Shown piece by piece: positions 26,601-38,500 of a stretch of 64,000 bases of DNA; position 1 is the first letter of the stretch; every line of letters starts with the position of its first letter. Made by a program: the position numbers and the translations under genes. Where the stretch lies: the NCBI GenBank assembly GCA_965644295.1, contig CBFFRP010000096.1:81344-145343 (forward strand). Reading direction: 5' to 3'. Below the pieces are notes generated by a model that was not told the DNA's origin, made no database searches, and worked only from the letters and a program-made list of their open reading frames with translations. The stretch is from Paraphysomonas bandaiensis (taxonomy: Eukaryota > Protista > Chrysophyceae).

Positions 26601-27675
26601 TCACCTAACGCCAGATCTATTCAATCAGCTAAAGGACGTCAAGTCTTCTCGCGGGTACACCCTTTCTAATGTGATCATGACAGGTGTGGTCACACCTCAC
26701 CTTGGGGTAGGTGCAACTGCTGGGGATGAGAGCTGCTGGGAGGTATTCAAACCGTTGTTCAACCCAATAATCAAAGACTGGCATGGATATGACCCGGAGA
26801 CACAGACCCATCCCAAAGACTTGGATCCCTCGAAGTTGGTGTTTACAGAGGAGCAAAGGAAGTTGTTTGAGGATTTTGTGGTGTCCACTCGCATACGGGC
26901 TGCCCGAAACATATCCGGTTACTCTTTACCAGCTGGCACTGATGATAAAGATCGTGCAGCGGTAGAGGCGGTACTCAAACAGGCATTTGATGGCCTTGAT
27001 GGGGAATTGTCGGGTACTTATTATGAGTTAGGAGATCTGACCACTGAGCAACGGGATTTCTTGCTTGAGAAAGGATTTCTCTTCCAAATCCCCTCTGCAA
27101 GGAACTTACTCACAGGGGCAGGTGCAGCACGCTCGTGGCCTAACAACAGAGGTATCTTTCACAATTCCGCACAAACAGCCCTGGCATGGGTCAACGAGGA
27201 GGACCACTGTCGTATTATCTCCATGGAGATGGGCGGAGATATTCCCTCAGTGTTTACTCGCTTCTGCGCACTTTCTGATGCCCTGGAGGCCTCTGCGAAG
27301 AGAAATGGTACGGAACTAATGTGGAATGAACGTTTAGGCTTTTTGGGTACCTGTCCCTCTAATCTTGGTACTGGGCTACGGGCGTCTGTAATGATTCGAC
27401 TTCCTGAGTTTAATAAACTCTTGGAGGGCGGGAATCAGGAGGACAAAGAACTGCTAGACCAGGTATGCTCCGCATACGACCTACAGCCGCGTGGTTCAGC
27501 TGGAGAGCATTCTGCAGCCGTTGGAGCGAAGTTTGATATTTCTAACAAACAGCGACTTGGGTTTTCAGAAGTGCAGCTGGTTCAAAAGATGATCGACGGT
27601 GTTTCGAAAGTAATTGAATATGAAATGTTGCTTGCTCAAGGTGTCGCGCCTGGTGATATAAGAAATCGCTTTTAG
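20613..27675 (+). CDS. FolD-like (methylene-THF dehydrogenase/cyclohydrolase) domain fused to five tandem ATP:guanidino phosphotransferase (phosphagen kinase) domains; 2319 aa; exons 20613-20634, 20683-20895, 20951-27675
   Basis: FolD motifs VHGIVLEQP, KDVEGLH, GKDAVVVGRA, NATVTIAH, ADILVSALG, WLKPGATVIDLG, VVGD. Each kinase unit has STRIRAARN, WPNNRGIF, WVNEEDHCRIISM, GTCPSNLGTGLRASV, RGSAGEH, DISNKQRLG. Confidence 0.93.
21643..27660 (+). repeat. Five in-frame tandem 1209-bp units (starts 21643, 22852, 24061, 25270, 26479), 403 aa each
   Basis: GATCCGTATTTGCGTTAC recurs at exact 1209-bp spacing, as do the secondary ORFs in the track. Confidence 0.98.
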
Positions 27676-27954
27676 TATTGCTAGATTGAAATTTGATAAT
27701 GGTTTCGATCTTTCTGATTTTGATGAGTTGTACTCTGTGCATGGAGAGGCCGTCGATATTTAAATCTGTGCTTAGCAGAATGGTATATGCATTACTTAAA
27801 TAAATATTCCGTAGATTCTACCTGCTAGCATTTGTGGAAGACAATCTAGAATGTGAATTTTATTTCCGAAGCTAGGAAAACGTATATATGTATTCGGAAG
27901 CTGAGATTTATTAAAACAAGACTGGACATTTAATTGTCTAACGAGTTCTTTGGA

Positions 27955-28342
27955 TGTAAATGATTATCAGTACCTGGTGGGCCTCAGACATCTTGATGGA
28001 CACCTGTATTATGTTACCACCAGAGTGATAGAGAGAAGAGGAGTCATTGTTGCATATAGGAAACTAGATACGGAAGGAAATACTACCGAGGAGCAAACTC
28101 CAATTCATATCAAAGATGTAGTAAAGATGACTCACTCTACAAAGTGTCCGACAAATTTGTAGAGTGAGTATCTTTACTACATCTTTGATATGAATTGGAG
28201 TTTGCTCCTCGGTAGTATTTCCTTCCGTATCTAGTTCCTATATGCAACAATGACTCCTCTTCTCTCTATCACTCTGGTGGTAACATAATACAGGTGTCCA
28301 TCAAGATGTCTGAGGCCCTCCAGGTACTGATAATCATTTACA
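27955..28342. repeat. Long inverted repeat (fold-back), arms ~27955-28143 and 28156-28342, 12-nt spacer
   Basis: The arms are reverse complements with one substitution and two single-base indels. The same peptide (NDYQYL.GLRHLDGHLYYVTTRVIERRGVIVAYR) is encoded on both strands. Confidence 0.95.
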
Positions 28343-30843
28343 CTCTCTGCTGTTTCTGAGGTGTCGATTTGTAGATTATCTATTTCGTCGAAATACTCCT
28401 GTGAACGCTCTGGAATAGACTCATCAAAGTTAACGTTTACTGTAACAATAATAGCATCCAGCAGGTCTGGAATATATATTTGGTGTCCAACAGGTTGTTG
28501 ACATTGTCCCATATAGTATCCAGGCTTTCCCTTTTCTTTCCACTCTTTGCGGCGCAGCTCCTTCGGCACGATAGCCCATGCCTTGCAGCCCCAGATCTTC
28601 AAGTCACTCACATCTGGTGCGGTTCCAGTAATATACTCAACAGGTGAGATGTATCCTTTCGTTGTCTTCCTAGGTAACCTGCTGATCAGATATACAGCAT
28701 GCAAGACTGCTGAACCAAAATACTGATGGCATGCCACTATCGAGCAAGATAGCAAGGGCCATCTCCTTCACTGTACGATTAGTGTGTTCCGATAGCGAAT
28801 TCATTTCGGGTGTGTCACGTGGAGTCCAAGTAACTTGTACAGTCTTTGTGCTGGTGGTTTCACGTAAGTACTGCCTGACATGTTGCCCTACTAATTCTCC
28901 TGCGTCATCTGCATGATATCGTCGTAGTTGCAATCCTTCTTTGACAAGTTGGGTCTCTACCATGTCCTTCATACACTTTAACACTTCACTCCCAGTCTTG
29001 TTTTTTAAGCCATAAGCCCATACATGTTTTGCATCACTGTGCTTGAATAGTAACACATGTTTGTAGCCTTCCATCGATGGCGTGTTTAGGACTTCCATCG
29101 TATCTGCACTAAGCACCCCTCTCTCATTTGGGTTGTTGTCTAAGTTCATCAACTGGCGTGGAGTCCTGAAGTTCTTTCTGGTGAGTTTCGACCGCATGCA
29201 GGTATTACATTTGCATATCGTTTTTTTATGCTTTTTCCTGAAATATTTCTTGTCCAGATTTATTCCATCAACGAGGCCTCGGCGGTCGGACTCAGTCAGT
29301 TTATCATAGTTGACATGGCCAAGTCTTTTGTGCCATAAAATTCGCTGGTCATCAAATCCCTGCTCCTCAAGTGCTACTGAGGATTCTTCTCAAGCTGAAG
29401 TAAGTCTTCGAGTCGAACTGGATATAATCCATTAACACTTCTCTGTCTAATGAGTGTCTTCTTCGTAGTCTTATTTCGAATGACGACTTCATCATTATTG
29501 AACGTCACAACACAGCCCCTATCTGTGATGCTCTTGAGGTTCTTACTTGCTTCAGGTGCGTAGTACACCTTTTTAAAGCTTCCTACATCGCCAACACTGT
29601 GTATTGACAGTTTACCTTTGTTCGCTGTGGACATCTGCCTATCAGCGCGCTGAAGGTTGGTCATGTGGTTTTTGGAGGTGAGGATCATCTTGTTGCACCC
29701 GCTGTCTAAATAAATAACATCTGACATGCTCTGTGCTAGATTCACCTCTTCTTCCACACATATCATCGATTCATATCCCGCCTCATCTTCTGAATCATGT
29801 ACAGACACTCGCGGTTTCTTCTTTTTCTTGTAGGGTGCCGTTTCACTTCTAGGGTCTCGCCCCCGTTTAGAACTGACCACTGCAGCTTTAGCAGTCTTCA
29901 AGTGGAAGCAGTCTTTAGTCTGATGGCCTGGGATATCACATATCTCACACACAGGTAGCTTAGTTTTGTAATCACCCCTGCTTCTGTGATCTCTATCTTT
30001 TCTCTGTGATCTTGTCCCCTTCATCCTCTTTATGACATGTTCTGGAGTCTTGCACTCCCTAGCAAAGTGGCCAAGTTTTTTGCACTTATTGCATCTGCCC
30101 TTTCTCTTGTGCTCTTTCCATTTACTGTCATCCACTGCTTGATTGACACTGTCTTCCCCTGAATTTTGCAACGCATGCTTGCCGAATGATGTGTTTTCAT
30201 ACCCTTTGATTAGGCTGCTTGCTCTTGCGTATGTCACATTGTTTGCTGTATACAGGCTGTGTGCTAGTTGGGAATATCTCTTGTCTGTGAGACCTTCCTT
30301 TAGTCGAGTGAGCTTGTCGTCTTCCGTGACTTCACGACCTAGATTCTCGAGAATCTTGGCCTGGGCTTCAACGCTGTCGACGAACTCTGCTCCTGACTGA
30401 CTTGAGGTAATCTTCATTGAATTGAACTTTGTGACCTCTGCCTGTACTGTATTCTTTTCAACATTGAGAAATCTCTCTTCCAGTGCCTGTAGTAACGCTT
30501 TTGCTGTACTTCCTTCGTAGAGAGCCGCTGTTGTTCCTGCTTTTGGATGAGCATTGCACACTTCCATCAGGAAGGAGTACGCGGTCTCGTTCCGGGTGTT
30601 CCAGAGTTTCTTCGCTTTGCGTAGTCGCTTCTTCTGTGCATCAGTCATATGAGCACCCGCTGAGACTGTAGAGTCTAGATCATGAATGTGCCTTGGTTTA
30701 TCCTTTGAGAGGACAAGATGAGCTCGATTGTGTCTCATGAGGAATGAGGTGAAGAACTTCTTGAATTTCTTGAAGTTCAGTTCCTCGAAGGGAGGTACCT
30801 TTGAGCCTGAGGCGACATTCGCGAAATTTCCATCCGCTACCAT
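28156..30843 (-). mobile_element. Ty1/Copia LTR retrotransposon, degenerate gag-protease-integrase, truncated before RT/RNase H
   Basis: Gag with two CCHC knuckles (CNKCKKLGHFAREC, CEICDIPGHQTKDC); protease YLDSGC; LWHKRLGHVNY...CNTC; integrase SADT..., HADDAGE, PEMNSLSE; post-integrase DLKIWGCKAW. PR-INT order is Copia-type. Frameshifts/stops near 29374 and 28715. No LTR pair found. Confidence 0.9.
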
Positions 30844-32286
30844 ATTAATTTAAGCTTTTAGTTAGTGCAGTATTGACTGATTGATATAGTAAGTTTATGA
30901 TGTTGTAGCACTGTGAGTTAGGAACCACGTCATTCACCAACATCAACATTCTGTTCTACAAATCATATCTTTAACAGCTACCATATTTTCAGTTTCTTTG
31001 TATACTTGTAGTAGCTACTCCTATAGTGTAGTCATGTATATTCTGTATTTCATTTCTACATAGAATACAGGAAACTACTAGCGATTGGCTTTACCAAACT
31101 TCAAGTACGCACGTAGGAGTTGGTTGTAGTTCAATATTGGAAAGCTGAAAGCGAAAACCTCTTTCAGTAACTAGAATACAATATAAAAGTGGTGTTGGAG
31201 GTACATGACAACATCAATGTCCTTTGCTGCTATGCTACATCTACTATTTGCTTGTACAACACAACATTTTTATAATGGTATGACTCTATCGTTCAACTTA
31301 AAAGGGTTGTTCGCATGTAATGTATAACTATTAGTTATGATTCCATTGTAGAATGTAGTCGCAATATGTTAGAATAGAAGTATACAGAAACCCAAATAGT
31401 AGTGTGGGGGTGCTGATTACTTTCCTTGATATGTAGTGGTCATCTATCATACCGATCACTCTTTTCTCAAGCACATAAACTTTACACACAGAAGAATTCT
31501 ACACTCAACTGCGCATCAGTATGTCGGTCTCCATGAAGCGAGAGTTGTGGAGATCTTCTGGCGATTCTCAACAGCAGTGTACTGATTCTTATGAAGCACT
31601 GGAATATCTACTTGAGGGGTGTGCAGGATGATTCATGGTCGAGTTGTCAGTGTGGTATGTACTATAGACTGACGTGTGTCTTGAGGCGGGTGTATCTCTG
31701 AGTGTTGTCTTAGTGGGGACAGGGAGTGATTATTTCCTGTTGTTGTAGACTTATGTGAGTGTTAGTGATGGTGTGAGGTGAGTGGGTATATATGGGAGGT
31801 CATGGGACTGTATATATGAGTAGACTGTAGAGATAGCTACAGGATGTGTCATAGGTACGATATGCTGTATGGTATGCTGTATGGTGGTAGTCGTATGGTG
31901 TGAGTCGTATGGTGGTAGTCGTATGGTGTGAGCCGTATGGTATATAGATGTGTGTTCTTGTTTGATGTTAGCTACACTGCTGGTAGCTACAGCCAGCAGG
32001 ATATGGTGGGATGATGTGTGTGTCTGGTGCCATGAAGTTTGCCATAAAAGGAAGTCGAAATCTATCCTCCAATAGTATTATCTCATAATAAAATAGAGAG
32101 GTATTATTGGCTATTCAGTACAACACTATGTTTGATGGAGGTGTGGCTATCAGTATTGTACTATATACTGTACACCAGTACATCAGTGTACAGGTACATG
32201 TACAGGTGGAGTGGTATACCATACAGAGCAGGCTGATATATGCAAGCCACATGCATGATATGGAGTGATATTGCTACACAAGTGAT

Positions 32287-33801
32287 ATGATGCATCGTAT
32301 TGTCAACGGTCGTCACTCTGGAGGGTCTCTGCGGTATGCGCATAGACACTTAACGTCCTTACAAGAGCAGAACTCACAGGGCTTTGAGTTTACTATACTT
32401 AATGAAGGGAAGGCTGATAAGCAGCGATTGGGTGAATTAAAGACACCTCACGGCAGTATTATGACTCCAGCATTTGTGTTTTGTGCGACTAAAGCTGCCA
32501 TGAAAGGAATAACGCCTCAAACTCTTGTCGATGAAGATACACAGATAATATTATCCAACACATACCATCTCATGCTGAATCCTGGAGCTGACTTAATTGA
32601 TAGATTAGGAGGTTTGCATAAATTTACTGGATGGAACGGGCCAATGCTAACAGATTCTGGGGGCTATCAGATATTTAGTATGGGTCACGGGTCGGTAAGT
32701 GAAGAGATCAAGGGGAAGGGGGGTGGACGTCCTGTTGGATGGAACAAGACACTGCTGCGCATTGACGAGACGGGCGCGTCCTTCAAATCGTATGTGGACG
32801 GATCGATACACTACTTGACTCCTGAGCTATCTATTCAGATTCAAAGAAAGCTGGGAGCTGACCTGGTAGTGGTTCTGGACGAATGTACACCGTTTAACGT
32901 CGATAGGGAGTACACAGAACAGTCGATGCACCGATCGCATAGATGGGCGGACCGTTCCCTAGCGGAGTTCAATAGGAGTTCGCGGGATGATAGAAAGCAG
33001 GCTCTATATGGCATAGTCCAGGGGGGGGTGCACCGAGACCTGAGGGAAGAGAGCGCTGACTTTGTTAACTCTCGACCATTCTTTGGATCAGCGATAGGAG
33101 GTAGTTTGGGGGCAGACAGGGGCACCATGGGAAGGGTAGTTGCTTACACCAGGTCATTACTTCGAGAGGATCGACCTGTGCATCTGCTTGGTATAGGGGG
33201 GGTGGGAGACATATTTCATGGTGTTAGACAGGGCATCGATACCTTTGATTGCGTGCACCCGACCAGGTTGGGTAGACATGGGGGAGCGTTAGTTAAAGCT
33301 GAGTACTGGGAGAGAGAAGATGAGCACTTTGTTAGTAGTGACATTAGTAATGAAGGGTTAGTGGAGGAAACAGACATGACAGGAGTGGAGAAAGGCAGTC
33401 AGGAGGAGAGAGAACTTAGGAAAAGAAACAGTGTCGCGAAGGCGAAAAGAAGACAAAGAGAGCAGCAGGCAAAGGCCCTGGCTCATCGCAGTCCCCGACA
33501 ACATATCAACTTGACGAAAGGTCCCTTTCGTGGCGATCCCAGACCAATCGATTCGTCTTGTCAATGCTACACATGTAGGAATTTCTCCAGGGGATACATT
33601 CATCACCTCTTTAAGAGTAATGAAATGCTTGGGCCTATGTTGGTTACTTCGCACAACGTTCACTTCATGAATAAACTGATGTCTGACATCAGAACTGGAA
33701 TTGCAAATGATACATTAGATGAGGTCGAGGCGCAATATGTTCCCGAGAATCTTCGTCATAAGAAAATAGATGCAGCAGAATTGCCAAACCTTGTGTTATA
33801 G
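32287..33801 (+). CDS. tgt: Queuine tRNA-ribosyltransferase (tRNA-guanine transglycosylase), intronless, N-terminal extension
   Basis: TPHG..TPAF, ILSNTYHL, MLTDSGGYQIFS, LDECTP, GIVQGG, HLLGIG, DTFDCVHPTR, zinc site CQCYTC...HN. Confidence 0.95.
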   Translation: MMHRIVNGRHSGGSLRYAHRHLTSLQEQNSQGFEFTILNEGKADKQRLGELKTPHGSIMTPAFVFCATKAAMKGITPQTLVDEDTQIILSNTYHLMLNPGADLIDRLGGLHKFTGWNGPMLTDSGGYQIFSMGHGSVSEEIKGKGGGRPVGWNKTLLRIDETGASFKSYVDGSIHYLTPELSIQIQRKLGADLVVVLDECTPFNVDREYTEQSMHRSHRWADRSLAEFNRSSRDDRKQALYGIVQGGVHRDLREESADFVNSRPFFGSAIGGSLGADRGTMGRVVAYTRSLLREDRPVHLLGIGGVGDIFHGVRQGIDTFDCVHPTRLGRHGGALVKAEYWEREDEHFVSSDISNEGLVEETDMTGVEKGSQEERELRKRNSVAKAKRRQREQQAKALAHRSPRQHINLTKGPFRGDPRPIDSSCQCYTCRNFSRGYIHHLFKSNEMLGPMLVTSHNVHFMNKLMSDIRTGIANDTLDEVEAQYVPENLRHKKIDAAELPNLVL

Positions 33802-34460
33802 TAGATGCACGTCGTTATCGAATTATACACTAATATACGGATATTGTTTTTACAACAAGGTCAACTGTGGATCGATATTAGGAAAGTGGATGTGTAACTG
33901 AATCGACAGAGCCTGCATGTCAATAGCGTAATAAACGTAACACTAAGTTGATGCCTTCCTTATGCTATGTATTATGTATTCCTCTGTATATTCTGTGATA
34001 CATATCCCCTTATAATCATTCTTGATTCTTGCACTATGGTTTCATATAATAGTAATATACACCAGACGTTACAGCATCTTCAAATTAGGGGGCTATACGG
34101 GCAAACATAGGTGTGGAACCTCTTACATATTAACCTCTTCTTTGTAAATATTAAATACTGCAGTTGTAGAAATAGAAAACTATAGCCTAAAGCAGTAGAA
34201 AATTGAGGACTGCGTAACCCTGTGGCTATATCTTGTAAGTTGTAAGATAATGGCTAGTGATATAAATTTAAGTATTTCAGCGTTTACTATCTCTTACATT
34301 GTTACTCTACGGCATCGTAAGGAGATACGGACGGCGTATTACACTGTGCACAGCATAACGATAAAAAAATACACAAATTACTATACAACACATGAGTAAA
34401 AGTTATTATTATAAATACAGAAATTTCAAAACCTAAATTACGAAACAAACATGTAATTGT

Positions 34461-35090
34461 CTATCGCTTCGATCTTTTAGAGCCAGGTGCTGCGCTTCCC
34501 TTGCGACCATAGGATTCCTGTCCGTCTTTTCCACTTCTATTGTGCTTGTTGTTGCGTTTGTTTACAGTTCTCATGTGTATTATCTTATTTGCTTTCTTCA
34601 TTGCACGATCTAAGGGTGTTATAACTTTGGAACGCTTATGGTTTGTAGATTGAGTAGTACATGATTCTTCGTCCATCTGTTCAGCAATATTGGAATCGAT
34701 AACAACAGACACCTCACCACCAAACATTTCTGTCGTCCTTTCATCCGTAAAAGTTACATCTACTGCATCACCCTCTGTTTCTGTTTTATTCTCTACTTCA
34801 GAAACTGTGTCGTCTTCAGTAGCCTTCACTATATTCTTCATTCTTTTCTCCCGTGCCTGCTTTTTATCCTTAAGAACCTGCATTGCAACTCCGAATTGCC
34901 TGCGCTCTTTCTTTCTCTGACGAAATCCTGTTAAGTAACTAGCTCTAGCTTCTTCATCAAATACAACTTCTTTCTTTTTCCCAACATGAGCATTATATTT
35001 TGCCTTCGCTGTTTTCTTTGCAAGCCGTCTCTCTCTTTTTTCTCGACTCTTCTTATTATCTCGACCTCCTAATCCATGATCGATACCCAT
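34461..35090 (-). CDS. NOL12: Nucleolar protein 12 / Rrp17 (Nop25 domain)
   Basis: EVVFDEEARASYLTGFRQRKKERR matches the Nop25/Rrp17 signature; basic low-complexity tails. Confidence 0.85.
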   Translation of the reverse strand: MGIDHGLGGRDNKKSREKRERRLAKKTAKAKYNAHVGKKKEVVFDEEARASYLTGFRQRKKERRQFGVAMQVLKDKKQAREKRMKNIVKATEDDTVSEVENKTETEGDAVDVTFTDERTTEMFGGEVSVVIDSNIAEQMDEESCTTQSTNHKRSKVITPLDRAMKKANKIIHMRTVNKRNNKHNRSGKDGQESYGRKGSAAPGSKRSKR

Positions 35091-35541
35091 ATTCAGTTAA
35101 TACTATTAATTAAATCACTCTTCTTATACACTAATTAGTTATAACACTGATTGGGAGCTCTGAATAACTAGCTAGACTGCTCATGCATGTGTGTGGTGGT
35201 TCCACATATATATGGATGAGAAGGGGACTGCTATTTATATGGACATAAAACCCTGTCATCAGCTGCCCATACGAAAAATCAGTTCCATATGGATAGTAAA
35301 ATTGTGGTATTTTATATTTTCTGATTAGAATATTGGGGTTTATTAGAGAAATTTAGTATTCTTGTACGAAAAGGGTAGGAATTCCAAGGCCCGTTGATAT
35401 ATTTAAAATCTTGAGCATCAGATTCTGGACTCATATGTGTATATGAAGTGAAGTGAAGTGAAGTGAATGGCAGTATGTGAAGTGCTAGTGTTGAATATGC
35501 ATATAGAGATGCTGTAGAGGTCTACTGGTCGTGTAGAGGCT

Positions 35542-38500
35542 ATGGAGGTATGTCAGTATATATATATATATCTGCATCAGACATAACAAGGACATACAGC
35601 CAAACCCAGTTGACGTTTCGATTGATCTGTCATTCTTGATCCCTTCGAGTCCATGTGCTGCTCATCAAGAGAGCTCCTTGTCAACAGAGAGGAGCGAGAG
35701 AGACAAAGAGAATGTATCTGATACTGTTACTGCCAATAGTCAAACAGTGTCGGTTAATGAGAGTCCTGTGGGCGATTGCTGTCCCTCTGTTCCTCATCAG
35801 ATGAGCCCGACAGGAGATGTGTTGATACAACAGATGCCTAGTAGTAATGTGGTGTCAGAGACTCAGATATGCAAACCGAATCATAACAATCTGTGTGGGC
35901 TCGATCAATTGAGTGACAGCAACTCCAGTCACCCTGCCCCACCAAGCTCTGGTACGACTCAACAGGACAGTAATCGAGTGATAACCCGGAGCCTTGGAAC
36001 CTGGACTTTTAATAAAAGAAAAAGAAAGCGGTGCGATATGAATCGTGCTGTGTATGGATTTAACTATGGTTTGATGTATGCAGGGTATATATTTCTCTCA
36101 CGGGAAAGAAGCTCTGCGGCCCTGCTGCTATGCGACAGTGTCGTGAGGATAGAAAAAGCAGTGGTCACCCAGCTCAGGCAGCGAGGGCACACCTTGCGGA
36201 GGTTGGTGCATATATATATTTCCTTAATTCGCGGTTTTAGTTTTTATACCTGATATTTCTCAGCACGTTCGATTATCATGTCCCAATGCAGCATCACTCA
36301 GGTGGGGTGTAATACTTTGCTTCTGAATGTCTGTTGATAGTCAATGTTCAGTCTTGTTGAGTGGGGACTTCCCCCTGTCACAGTATCGCGGTATGCTGCA
36401 GCTGGAGTTTATTCACTCTTTCCGTGGCAAGCGCAGTGTCTTTTCTGTGAGGACGCAGAGGGTGGAAAACAGCCATTATCAGGAGGGAATCTAATATATA
36501 CAGCACCTACCAGGTATTACGCTTTCTCAGACATGTGTATTGCCTATTTACTGATGCTGTTTTTTTCTACTGTTTCATATTCAGTGGGGGAAAGACCCTT
36601 GTCTCTGAGCTTCTAATGTTGCGGCGGCTAGGCGCGGCCATGGAAAATGCAGGAGCAGCAAACGGCACTATACTCTTTGTGGTACCATTTATTTCACTGG
36701 CAGAGGTGTGTAAACTTTTTTATTTTTGTATTCTCACTACTGTCTACATATATATCTTCACCGATATATATTGAATAGTATTGATTAAGTAGCATATATA
36801 CTACCAAATGCAACTGTACACCAGTACTCCTCAGTTTTCAAACTGCAGTGTGACCGTGACACCTCAGGAAAAGGCAGCATACTTTCAAGAAATGTGGGCA
36901 GACCTCTTTATTGGTGTCAGAACCTTTCACGGCGAAGATGATGGTGACGTGCTATGCATTGTATGTCAGTGTCACTAATGTGCCTTTCTCTCCTCTGTTT
37001 GATGCAGGGGCAACACTGACAGATGATGTGGATGTGGCTGTGTGCACCATTGAGAGAGCAAATGTGCTGTTGAATCAGTTATTAGATGATGGGGAGCAGA
37101 ACAGGTTGCTAATGGTGGTTGTGGATGAGTTACATTTAGTCAGCGACTCCCGCCGTGGATTTATTCTTGAAGTCTTGTTGTCAAAGGTATTATACGTACC
37201 TGATACTGTGCGTAGGTTGACTAACCTGTGTGTGTAGATAAGATACACTGTTGGACCAGATGTTCAATTGGTGGCCATGTCTGCGACGCTACCCAGTGTT
37301 GAAGATTTAGCTGTGTGGCTTGGAGCATCGCTCTTCTCTACGTTATTCAGACCGGTGAATTTACAAACTAGGGTATGTTGTGGACGGCAGGTCTATCGCG
37401 TAAGCGATGATGGAGACCAAGAGAGCAAACTAGTGTTAGACCGCACCGTGGATCCAGCGACGGAGACTGATGAGGATGGGTTTCTTTCACTTTGTGACGA
37501 GACATTGAGGCTAGGAAAGAGTTTGATGGTGTTCTGTTCTTCGAAAAAGAGGTATAAATTCGACTGTTCATGTATTATATGATCTAATACGTTCGACAGG
37601 TGCGAGATGTGTGTGGAAAGAATCTGTGAGCTTCTGGAGCGGAGAGTGGAGGAGAAAGAGCGGACGCTACGAATTGTGATAAATGAGAAGCGTGTGAATA
37701 TGTTGGATGAATTGCGACAGACTCCGGTGGGCTTGTGTTCTGTACTTCGTCGTTCTGTGCTACAAGGAGTAGCCTATCATCATGCTGGACTCACTCTAGA
37801 TGAAAGGAAGGTGAGAAATGCAGTCGTCAAATGTACCGTCATAAACATGCGACAGATATTAGAGCAGGGCTATCGCAATGGAGTTATATCAGTTCTCTGC
37901 ACGACCAGTACTCTGTCCGCTGGGGTATGGGTGCACATAGAGTAGTTTAAATTAGACTAACTCGTTGACTTTCATAGGTTAATCTTCCTGCCCACCGTGT
38001 CATTGTACGATCTCCGATTATGGGAAATGTAAACCTTTCAGTCGCCGCATTCCGGCAGATGTGTGGGAGAGCAGGACGTATGAACCTTGACACCGAGGTA
38101 TAGTGCACACATGTCGCTAACTATGTAGCTCAAAGGTATTGGACCGCTCAGGGTGAGGCTATTTTGATGGTGTCAAACACTCGTCAGCAGAGAGACCTCG
38201 CTGTCCATTTAGTCTCAGCTCCTTTGGATGCTTTGAAGTCGTCACTAAATAACGCCTCGGGTGGTGGAATCGAAAAACTCTTACTGGAAATGGTGTATTG
38301 TCGAAAGATACAATCTCCAGCGGAGGTACATCATATGGCTGTGATATTTTCTCTATTCCGATGTTTGTGACATAGGTTGATACATTTATGAAGTGCACTC
38401 TGCTGTCGGTGCAACGCTCATCGAGTGAGGTATGTTTTTTGTTTGGTATTGCATCATCTATAATAGTGTGGTGTAGATAAATGTTTGGGTGAAGAATGCC

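Noticed and set aside
21643-27660. Regularly spaced repeats as a CRISPR-like array or five separate genes; recurring 60-84 aa ORFs in other frames
   Set aside because: Units are 1209-bp coding domains with no spacers and no stops between them; the small ORFs are shadows of the repeat.
30844-31300. 5' LTR and primer-binding site of the Copia element
   Set aside because: No second LTR to compare and no convincing tRNA-complementary PBS identified by eye.
31855-31945. Short GTATGGT-based tandem repeats (similar low-complexity repeats at ~54385-54465)
   Set aside because: Simple slippage repeats in promoter-like low-complexity DNA; no spacer diversity or coding signal.
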